The notes under the pieces: generated by a model
Database searches by the model: none
Seen by the model: only the letters and a program-made list of their open reading frames with translations
Told to the model about the DNA's origin: nothing
Program-made: the position numbers and the translations under genes
Shown here: piece after piece, positions 25,501 to 32,000 of the stretch
Numbering within the stretch: the stretch's first letter is position 1
How the letters are laid out: each line of letters opens with the position of its first letter
Origin: an archaeon
GTDB lineage: Archaea; Iainarchaeota; Iainarchaeia; Iainarchaeales; 1-14-0-10-31-34
Direction: 5' to 3'
Assembly (NCBI GenBank): GCA_024277355.1
Contig: JAJRVL010000001.1
Span: forward strand, 90,001 to 122,000
Length of the DNA stretch: 32,000 nucleotides

Positions 25501-27024
25501 GTAAATGCTTTGCCTAAAATCAAATTAGACTGGAAATGGAATTCAATAACACAAAATTCATGCGATGAAAGTAATGAAAATTACATTTACTGTGATGCAA
25601 CACAATTTTCAATTGAATTACTCAAAAAAATAAAAGAATTAACTGAAAGACTTGAAGCAGATGCATTAACTTGTGAAACAAACTGCGTTTATTCAACAAT
25701 TGAATTGCCTGCATTAATTGAAAACACAGAAAAAACAAGATCTGTTTCAGACAAAGAAAGATTACTTGAATTAGTTTCATTTAATTCTTATTTAATTAAA
25801 GACGGTTATTCAAAAGACTTCCAGGAAGACTTCCATGATTATGCAGTTAATATTGATTTCTTTAATGCTCCAACTTCTTATTACAATCCAATAGAAGAAA
25901 TAGGCCTTGGAGTTTACTTTAAAGACAATTCATTATTTGAATTCAATTACGAAGGCAGTCCTAACGCACCATTATCAGGACCAGGATTATACAACATTGA
26001 AATAGATATTACCTATAATGATTCTTCATGGAAATTATTCAATGGAAATACTCCTAATGCAAAAATAAAAATTAATTTAAGCAAACAAAGAGCAGCAAAA
26101 CCAAACTCTCCATTATATTACCTGCCATTTAACGGAGAAATTGGACTTACATCAGATAATGGAAGAATAGGTTATGGATTAGATTACGAAAATTTAACAG
26201 GAAAACCAATAAGAATAAATGACACTACAAGAAGTATTAGAACAGTTCCTCTTTCAGTTGCTGATCCAGTAGAAGAATTAAGAACAATATATGAAACAGA
26301 CTTCAAAAAATTAAATTTAGATGAAAGAGCAAAAATAATGCAGTTTGAAAGAACTTCAACCGGAACAAAATTAACTTATACTCCTTCAACTGCAACTCCA
26401 GTAATACTTGAAACAACAAGAAGTTCTGAAACACCAAAAGAAACAGCTTATGCATTTTATTTAATTACAGTTGACGGTCAGGCACAAAATGTTGGAAGCA
26501 CAGGAATAACTAATTGGTCAGGAATAGAAGCAAACTGCAAAGACTTTGAAGACAGAAGTTCATTAGATTACATGGAAACAGCAGACATGCATGGAATAAG
26601 CAGTGAAGCAAGCAATGCACAGATTACTGCAGATAAAGCAACAGCTTATGGATGGATATGGAATAATCCAATTAGAACTGGAAAATTCTGGTTAGAAACA
26701 TTAATTTTTAGTCCACTTGAATCAAAAACACAAATGCATTTAATTTCAGCAGCAAACAATGCAAAAATTTATACTCCATTAGATTCAGCAGTATTAACAG
26801 AGAATTCAAACTTAACTCCTTTTGTTGAATTAAATGGAGTAACAAGCTTGGAAATAACTTCCCTACAAAAAATACTTGATTTAGTTGAAACAAAAGATGT
26901 TTGTGTTGGAGGAATAGGAAATTCAAGTTATAGTTATTTCTTCTGGAATCCAGAAAAAGTTGATGACTCAATTAATTCAGTTAAAAACAAGTTAAACGCA
27001 GAAGAAAACTGTATTCTGAAATAA
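22579..27024 (+). CDS. Giant surface protein paralog 3 (GP3), C-terminal fragment. Homologous coding sequence actually resumes at 22546, immediately after the TAA.
   Basis: The TTG 'start' at 22579 in the ORF track is internal to the conserved module. The 11 codons 22546-22578 (GDAKWFNSVWF) align with GP2 (GNAKWTNIIFN) and GP4. There is no SD-like motif, no N-terminal motif and no TM at this 'start'. Downstream are the CSNEFC pair, Ig-like modules (ISIGIGGEVDDPNC..., IENAC...), a hydrophobic region, the KIKLDWKWNS...IYCDATQF module and the C-terminal domain shared with GP2. Confidence 0.8.
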   Translation: MPEKGVHNIEILIKVKENARLGQELKLKYRAYADTGSRTERNPTDVSVTSSEELNAAVKEKTFTVGANIFCSNEFCFSATILDLKEDIIKKVSNSYQTKILQKYELQFDILNNNKTKKHYDAKIQLKNENEMLNFLDYRISNADALTKSGTADKKELPWVELGDFDPNNHITGKTEFITQETKTGTIDIVIVSNQEIVFEKNIQIEVQAPKNFLVEFTPEKIPSTTSSLIEFTVFDEETGIEIENAQIKVIDRFGDLIAGPELTDREGKTEIIISGQAPDTKLIFRTEKQEYNISELEVFTDNSIIEITPDRIGITLNTKTQKSNEFSFKIKNILEFDLELTSLKFTGNFRDLLNKKAMNAWMNTNYGNIIIPSKTTKEVKVKGILSDYALNREERDIVELDLELELSNGEAFWTKEIPAKISIGIGGEVDDPNCLTLEQRTWKTGTEGSKVKIDFGIENACTINGNPIELKDLEAKVNWNSNHIGTYTLTFEGNPVELRSAYYRKLTEEMENRKYTATLSFEPNGGVNGTANAEIILRARNQLDGKDEFIEDKISTEIKIINLKDCIKFSNTDLKVKKGEITSFNVSTLGCGSNVSFTFDSELKLNSKSLTLGSEDSTEIKIDSRDALSGRYLIKAEAKGNSLATKTQIQNIFVTVFEDSCVALSRYEFDIYDSTENDFDGYDTAQLYNYCDEKELLIKVNMKDWSLAMRNSLLPSLIAFGTATISDKSSDKADTTDNSNGEKVWAAEKESIPTTAFIGLPFIGEISQILSGGNLLKSVFGSASPFEIFGITFVASTLYNYFSADEIGFNAIADNITVDDIVLLEGIKYTTEKIEVLDEEIGLVIDGPFSCFDSVSNKTIDCWDLTFVNENKLVQEDEFTPIMKILKTKSAEHFWKTDYDGDYFNENKGFLEKMFNGADLDLKKPLQEKTNKQNEILQYNKLQFNSFNPEDTTLGKQNAFGSCSIGELTGETGVNALPKIKLDWKWNSITQNSCDESNENYIYCDATQFSIELLKKIKELTERLEADALTCETNCVYSTIELPALIENTEKTRSVSDKERLLELVSFNSYLIKDGYSKDFQEDFHDYAVNIDFFNAPTSYYNPIEEIGLGVYFKDNSLFEFNYEGSPNAPLSGPGLYNIEIDITYNDSSWKLFNGNTPNAKIKINLSKQRAAKPNSPLYYLPFNGEIGLTSDNGRIGYGLDYENLTGKPIRINDTTRSIRTVPLSVADPVEELRTIYETDFKKLNLDERAKIMQFERTSTGTKLTYTPSTATPVILETTRSSETPKETAYAFYLITVDGQAQNVGSTGITNWSGIEANCKDFEDRSSLDYMETADMHGISSEASNAQITADKATAYGWIWNNPIRTGKFWLETLIFSPLESKTQMHLISAANNAKIYTPLDSAVLTENSNLTPFVELNGVTSLEITSLQKILDLVETKDVCVGGIGNSSYSYFFWNPEKVDDSINSVKNKLNAEENCILK
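24835..24987 (+). other. Degenerate hydrophobic/Gly-rich region inside GP3
   Basis: IPTTAFIGLPFIGEISQILSGGNLLKSVFGSASPFEIFGITFVASTLYNYF. It is preceded at about 24711-24750 by NSLLPSLIAFGTA, which aligns with RSLLEFGGLASG of GP4. Confidence 0.4.
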
Positions 27025-27107
27025 AAACTTGTTTAATTAAACAAACAATTAAATATAAATAAAAGCATAATATTTCTAATTTAAACTAAGTTAAAGAAGG
27101 GAATTTT

Positions 27108-30100
27108 TTGGGATTAAAAGACATTTATTATTCAATAGAAGACAAATATTATTCTTTAATTGAAAAAACTCCTTTAACAAAAATAACTGATAAAATTGAT
27201 TCTATTGTTCCTTCTTTTGCAGTATTAATTGCATTAATTATTTTAATTTCAGGTTTTTTAGTTTTGCCTTTTTTTGGCGGAGAAGAATATTCTTTTACTG
27301 TAACAATCAAAGATGAACAGGGAAAAAAACTTGAAGGAATAAAAGTAAATGTTTTTATCGGAGAAGAAAAACAAGTTTTAACAACAGATTCTGAAGGAAA
27401 AATTTCATTAAAAGCAAAAAAAGATTTAAAAATAAAAATAGAAATAGACAACAAAAAATATGAATTTATAGAAAAACAATTTAATTTAACTGAAAATGAA
27501 TTAAGTTTTGAAGTTGAATTAAAGAAAATTGAGGCAGAACCCGCAGAAGCTAATTTGAAGTTTACAGACAAAAGCGGAAAATATATTACAGGAAAAGAAA
27601 TAACAGTAAACTTAAGCTGCAGTAATTCTTCTATTAAACCTTCTCCTTCAACAGTAAAAGATTCAGATAAAGACGGGGAAATAAAAATTAATATTCCTAA
27701 AGGATGCGGAAAATTAGTTATTAATTCAGTTGAAGTTGAAGGATATGAAAACTGGTTTGGAACAATTAATTCAGCAGTAGAAACAATAAAATTAAATGCA
27801 ATATTTTTAGGACAGGCATTAGGAGATTTAAAAGTAATCGTGGAAAATTCAAACGGAGAATTATTAGATGACATTAAAGTAAGTTTAATGAAAGGGAACT
27901 CAAAAATAGATCAAAAGTATACAGTTGACGGAACCGCAGAATTTACCGGAATTGAAATTGGATTTTATGACTTAAAATTAGAAGACGAAAAAAATGGGTT
28001 TGAACCAAAAAGAGTTTATTCAGTTGAAATAGAAAACGAAAAAATAAATGAAAGAACAGTTGAAATGCAGCCAACAAAAAAAGGCACACTAAAAATAAAT
28101 ATATTAGATAAAGAAACTAATTCAAAAATAAAAAATTCTGAAGTAATAATAGAAAATGAATTAGGAGAAATAATAGGGGAAAGAAACACAGGAGAAACAG
28201 GAAATACAATTGAATTTGGATTATATTCCACTGAAAAACTAATTATTAAAGCAAGAGCAGAAAAATATTTGCCTGAAAAAACTGAAATTAACCCTGAAAC
28301 CCAAAAAGAAGTTGAAATTAAATTAGAAAAAATTACTGCAGAAAACAGCGGTAAATTAAAAATAATTTTAGTTGATGAAGACAAAAAAAACATTGCTAAT
28401 GCAAGAGTAATGCTAAAAGATGAAGACGGCAGTCTGCTTACTGAGTATCCTGAAAAGTTTTCTGATGCAGAAGGAATAGTTGAATACACAGGAATAAAAA
28501 AAGGAATTTATTTTGCTTATGCAGAAAAATATCCTGCTTCTGGACTTTCAGACTCATTTGAAATAAAATTAACAGAAAAAACTGAAATTGAATTAAAATT
28601 AATCATAGGAACAGCAAAAATTGAACTGCAAACAATAACAAAAGACGGAGAATTCATTCCAAATACAAGAGTTAAAGTAAAAAGCATTGATGAAGAAAAA
28701 ACTTATACTTTAAATTCAGAAGGAAAAACTACTTTAGAAATAAAAGCAGATAAAAGAGTTTTTTTTGAATTCTTTGATTCAAAAAATGTTTATTCAAAAT
28801 ACACTACAAAAGAATATCAGTTACTTCCAAAGAATTATTTTATTACTGCAACAATGCCTGAACAAAATTTAGGAGAAAATTTATGGATTGAATTAAAAGG
28901 CGTTTATTTAAATGACACAAAACAAACTATTCTGGCAGGAGGAAAAAAATACAAAGCAGTATTAGAATTATTTGTTCCAGAAAACGAATCATATGAAGAA
29001 GCAGGAATTCATTTCAGGACAGGAGAAGATGAAAACCCATTTATAGAAAATGATTTAGTTTGGATAGAAAAAATTAATGTTTCAAACGCTTCAAAAATAA
29101 AAGGAACAACATGGAACCCGAAAAAAGGGCAGCAAACTGATTTTGATTCAGATAATTCAGCTTCAAGCAATGCAAAAGCAAAATGGACAAATATTTTATG
29201 GAACAATGTTGAACCAGGAGTATATGAAGCAGAAATAGAACTAAGAATACGAGAAGGAACAGGAGATAAAGAAAAAGTAAGTTTAAGTTTTAGGGCATGG
29301 GGAAAAGGAAGAAACTATTATTACTTTCCGGCAGACAATGAATTAGGTTCAAGTTCTTCCACTACAACAAAACAAGGATTATATGCTGAAACATTCCAGA
29401 AAGAATTTAACACAGAAGAAGAAGTTCCTGTTTGCATGGAAAACAATTTATGTTTGTCAAAACAAAGATTAGAAGATAAAACAAAAGAACCATTTATCAT
29501 ACAAAAAAAACTTCCGTTTGAAGCAGGAGCAAACGGAAACTATGAATATAGTTTTAAAATAGTGAATAATTCTCAGTCAATTTATGATGAACCTGAATTA
29601 TGGATTGAATTAATTGATGCAACAGGAAATTTAACTGAAGAAGCAGAAATAAGTTATTATGAAATTAAAACTTCAGAAGGAAATTCAAAAACAAAAGAAG
29701 TTAATTCAAATGAAACACAAGGAATTTCTTTAGGTTTATATGGAAGGCAGTCAGTAATTGAAGGAATTATTGGAATAAAAACAAAAAATACAGGAAATAC
29801 TTTTGTTAACTTAAAAATATTTGAAAAAGTAAACAATGGGTCAAATAAAATTTTTGACAATGAAAAGAAAACAGAAATAAAAATTAAATCAGGAAAAGCA
29901 TTAGAAATAGAATTAATGCCTGAATTAATTCCTGCTTTTGCTGAAACTCCTGCAACAATAATAATAAAAGATTTAGATGGAATTGAAGTAGAACAAGCAA
30001 GAGTAAAATTAAATGTAATAGAAGAAGGAAACAGAAAAATAACTATTGAAGAAAAACAAACAAACAGGTTTGGTGAAACAGAATTTTTAATCCCAGTATT

Positions 30101-32000
30101 AGAACCAAACACTAAAATTGAATTTATTGCAGAAAAATTTGAATTTGAAACAGCAGTAAAACAAGTAATTTTATCAGAAAACGTTTTTGTTGTTGAACCT
30201 GAAACAATAAATGAAACTTTAAGCCAGAGAAATAACCCTGAAATAACAAAAGAAATTACAATAAAAAATTTACTTGAAACAGACTTAAAAATAGAAAAAA
30301 TAGAATTAATTAATGAAACAGGCTATTTTGAAGAGTTTATTGAAATGGGTTTAATAAATGCAGTATTTGATTCATTTAATGGTACAATAATTAATTCTTA
30401 TCCACAGGAATTTAATGGACAATTATTTAAAGTAAAATTACAGTCAGGTTTACCTGAAGGTTATACTAGTTCCGCTAAAGGAATAATGACAATAAAATTA
30501 AAGAATGAAAGATTTAATGCAAGTTATTCAAAAGACATTAAAGTAGAATTAAATTTAGGGCAAGGCCAAGCAATAAATAATGCTTCTTGTCTGGAAATAG
30601 AAAACGGAGAAGCAATTTTTTCAAGGCAGACAACTTCTAATCCTGTTCAATTATCTTATAAAATAGTAAATAATTGTATTGATGATTCCGGAGCAGGAAT
30701 TAAAGTAAGAAATTTAAAAGCAAAAATTGAATGGACAGACAAAAAAGGAACTGTTTCATTGCAGATGAAAGGAAGAACAGCAGACTTAAAGACAACTTTA
30801 TTCACTGACTTTTCTTCAGTTGTAAATGAAAGAGAAGAAATGCTTGTTTTGCTTACTTATACTCCTGATGCAGAATTAACCGGAGAAGAAGGACAAACCG
30901 AATTTAACGTAATAATTGAAGCAGAAATAAATACTTCTTCAGGAATACAAATAATTAGAACTAATCCGCCTTTAATTAAAGGAACAATTGGAAATGTTGA
31001 ATTACTTGAATGCATTGTATTTGACCCTAAACCAAAAATTGGAACAATAATTGAATCTGGAAGCGAAGAAGCAAACTTTTCAATAACAAACAACTGTGGA
31101 ATGGAAATAGAATTAAGGTTTTGTAAAGGAGACACAAGATGCACTGGGGGAACTGAAGGAGGAATAATAGTTAAACCAGATACAATAGTTTCTTCATTAA
31201 AGATTGGAACAGGAAATAATAATGCAGAACAAGTAACAGTCAAAAGAACAAGTATTCCTGGAATTTATGGAATAACAATTGAAGCAAAAAATGCAGGGGA
31301 AGCATGGAGAGAAATTTCAGTTTATGATGTTTTAGTTAAACCTAATGCAGGACATTATTTTAGTTTAGGAGATTATACAATTAAAGTCCCTGAAAAAAAT
31401 AATCCGGATATAATTGAATTATATAATAACAGATTATTCACTAATGTTGATGTTGATGCAAGTGATTGTGTATGGGAAACAGCACAAGAAAAAAGTTTTG
31501 GAAGAAGCCTGCTTGAATTTGGCGGTTTAGCTTCAGGAGGAGCAGGCACTGCATTGCTTGTCATGATGGCTTATAGCGGTCCTGCAGGATGGCTTACTGC
31601 AGGAATAGGCGCAGTAATTGGATTGGTTGTTTGTTTATTTGCCTGTTCTGACCCATGCGATGAAAGAACAACTGACACTTTACAGGATTACTTAATTAAT
31701 TTAAGCGGAACAGGCGTTATTATGTCTAAAAGAAATTCTCCAAATCTTGCCGGAATTGAATTAACAATTAATGGAATTTCTACTGGTTACAGTTCTGAAG
31801 CAGCAATATTAGATTATACAAATGGCCCTCCAGGAAAAGAAACTCTTCCATTGACTTTTACTAAAATAACAGATTCATATAATAACATTAAGCCGACTTA
31901 TGGAATTTTAACAATTAATGCAACAGAACATAATCAATTAACAGAATTAAATGTTCCAGAAAATAATGATGACAGAGCAGGAGATTTAGTGCTTTATGGT
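27108..32000 (+). CDS. Giant membrane-anchored surface protein, paralog 4 (GP4), partial: TTG start, at least 1631 codons, continues beyond the window
   Basis: I translated the whole frame (codon starts at positions divisible by 3) by hand from 27108 to 32000 and found no stop. The upstream in-frame stop is TAA at 27087-27089. The TTG at 27108 is followed by GLKDIYYSIEDKYYSLIEKTPLTKITDKIDSIVPSFAVLIALIILISGFLVL, co-linear with the GP3 and GP2 N-termini. GAAGGG lies 6 nt upstream. Later landmarks are AGIHFRTGEDENP (about 29001), NAKAKWTNILWNNVEPGVYEAEIELRIRE, VCMENNLC, IVNNCIDD, ITNNCGMEIE and the hydrophobic segment at 31509-31646. The gene is absent from the ORF track because it has no stop in the window. 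The six minus-strand ORFs listed there (27149-31564) are its antisense shadows. Confidence 0.9.
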   Translation, partial: MGLKDIYYSIEDKYYSLIEKTPLTKITDKIDSIVPSFAVLIALIILISGFLVLPFFGGEEYSFTVTIKDEQGKKLEGIKVNVFIGEEKQVLTTDSEGKISLKAKKDLKIKIEIDNKKYEFIEKQFNLTENELSFEVELKKIEAEPAEANLKFTDKSGKYITGKEITVNLSCSNSSIKPSPSTVKDSDKDGEIKINIPKGCGKLVINSVEVEGYENWFGTINSAVETIKLNAIFLGQALGDLKVIVENSNGELLDDIKVSLMKGNSKIDQKYTVDGTAEFTGIEIGFYDLKLEDEKNGFEPKRVYSVEIENEKINERTVEMQPTKKGTLKINILDKETNSKIKNSEVIIENELGEIIGERNTGETGNTIEFGLYSTEKLIIKARAEKYLPEKTEINPETQKEVEIKLEKITAENSGKLKIILVDEDKKNIANARVMLKDEDGSLLTEYPEKFSDAEGIVEYTGIKKGIYFAYAEKYPASGLSDSFEIKLTEKTEIELKLIIGTAKIELQTITKDGEFIPNTRVKVKSIDEEKTYTLNSEGKTTLEIKADKRVFFEFFDSKNVYSKYTTKEYQLLPKNYFITATMPEQNLGENLWIELKGVYLNDTKQTILAGGKKYKAVLELFVPENESYEEAGIHFRTGEDENPFIENDLVWIEKINVSNASKIKGTTWNPKKGQQTDFDSDNSASSNAKAKWTNILWNNVEPGVYEAEIELRIREGTGDKEKVSLSFRAWGKGRNYYYFPADNELGSSSSTTTKQGLYAETFQKEFNTEEEVPVCMENNLCLSKQRLEDKTKEPFIIQKKLPFEAGANGNYEYSFKIVNNSQSIYDEPELWIELIDATGNLTEEAEISYYEIKTSEGNSKTKEVNSNETQGISLGLYGRQSVIEGIIGIKTKNTGNTFVNLKIFEKVNNGSNKIFDNEKKTEIKIKSGKALEIELMPELIPAFAETPATIIIKDLDGIEVEQARVKLNVIEEGNRKITIEEKQTNRFGETEFLIPVLEPNTKIEFIAEKFEFETAVKQVILSENVFVVEPETINETLSQRNNPEITKEITIKNLLETDLKIEKIELINETGYFEEFIEMGLINAVFDSFNGTIINSYPQEFNGQLFKVKLQSGLPEGYTSSAKGIMTIKLKNERFNASYSKDIKVELNLGQGQAINNASCLEIENGEAIFSRQTTSNPVQLSYKIVNNCIDDSGAGIKVRNLKAKIEWTDKKGTVSLQMKGRTADLKTTLFTDFSSVVNEREEMLVLLTYTPDAELTGEEGQTEFNVIIEAEINTSSGIQIIRTNPPLIKGTIGNVELLECIVFDPKPKIGTIIESGSEEANFSITNNCGMEIELRFCKGDTRCTGGTEGGIIVKPDTIVSSLKIGTGNNNAEQVTVKRTSIPGIYGITIEAKNAGEAWREISVYDVLVKPNAGHYFSLGDYTIKVPEKNNPDIIELYNNRLFTNVDVDASDCVWETAQEKSFGRSLLEFGGLASGGAGTALLVMMAYSGPAGWLTAGIGAVIGLVVCLFACSDPCDERTTDTLQDYLINLSGTGVIMSKRNSPNLAGIELTINGISTGYSSEAAILDYTNGPPGKETLPLTFTKITDSYNNIKPTYGILTINATEHNQLTELNVPENNDDRAGDLVLYG
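27285..28860 (+). other. Array of about 5-6 beta-sandwich repeats in GP4 (approximate boundaries)
   Basis: Repeat ends such as LIIKARAEKYLPEKTEI, IYFAYAEKYPASGLSDSFEI, VFFEFFDSKNVYSKYTT. A further isolated copy ends in IEFIAEKFEFETAVKQVIL near 30120-30175. Confidence 0.5.
31509..31646 (+). other. Predicted transmembrane hairpin / glycine-zipper segment deep inside GP4
   Basis: LLEFGGLASGGAGTALLVMMAYSGPAGWLTAGIGAVIGLVVCLFAC consists of two hydrophobic stretches separated by YSGPAGW, followed by the acidic SDPCDERTTD. Confidence 0.6.

Noticed and set aside
3536-27024. Numerous 60-205 aa minus-strand ORFs inside GP1, GP2 and GP3 (e.g. 9772-10242, 16175-16558, 18065-18682, 21603-22148)
   Set aside because: They have the same antisense-shadow composition and no start context. 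Each is fully contained in a giant + strand ORF supported by paralogy.
27031-27042. Perfect 12-nt palindrome GTTTAATTAAAC just downstream of GP3, as a possible terminator or operator
   Set aside because: It has no loop, is purely AT-rich, and has no flanking T-tract. It is easily expected by chance at this composition.
27149-31564. Six minus-strand ORFs from the track (27149-27874, 28016-28489, 29009-29206, 29657-30112, 30857-31243, 31373-31564), up to 241 aa
   Set aside because: They are Ser/Phe/Ile/Leu-rich low-complexity translations, as expected for the antisense of GAA/AAA/GGA-rich codons. They tile the continuous 1631-codon + strand frame of GP4, which has clear paralog homology.
1-32000. 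Alternative genetic code with TGA or TAG recoded (code 4/25-like), as seen in some small-genome lineages
   Set aside because: ORFs of 2404, 2443 and 1481 aa and a 1631-codon partial ORF are uninterrupted under the standard code. TGA also plausibly terminates both HTH genes at homologous positions.
1-32000. CRISPR arrays, tRNA/rRNA genes, IS elements/integrases, and a diversity-generating retroelement targeting the giants
   Set aside because: I saw no regularly spaced short repeats, no cloverleaf- or rRNA-like GC-rich segments, no transposase/integrase/reverse-transcriptase-like ORF, and no template/variable repeat pair. The only long DNA repeat found is the 101-bp one at the HTH gene starts. 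My scan was by eye and could miss short or diverged elements.

Overview
The window is AT-rich (about 70% A+T by eye) and almost entirely coding. Every gene except a truncated one at the left edge is on the + strand.

Contents:
1. A divergent, edge-truncated, Cys-containing ORF (1-489, minus strand).
2. A small exosortase/archaeosortase-family membrane protein (1974-2462). It sits between two paralogous, extremely Lys/Gln-rich helix-turn-helix proteins (589-1944 and 2492-3442) whose C-terminal halves resemble sigma-70 region 2.
3. A tandem array of four giant paralogous membrane-anchored proteins, here called GP1-GP4:
   - GP1: 3536-10750.
   - GP2: 13119-20450.
   - GP3: 20467-27024, interrupted by a single in-frame TAA.
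   - GP4: 27108 to beyond 32000. It is TTG-initiated, open at the window end and absent from the supplied ORF track.
4. A 567-aa protein with a type IV pilin-like (class III) signal (10961-12664), lying between GP1 and GP2.

I recognised no rRNA, tRNA, CRISPR array, transposase or integrase.

My best reading is a cell-surface or attachment island of a small-genome, AT-rich prokaryote. Several features lean towards a DPANN-type archaeon, but the sigma-like domains argue the other way, so the domain of life is unresolved. All homology statements come from motif recognition and manual alignment by eye, not from database searches.
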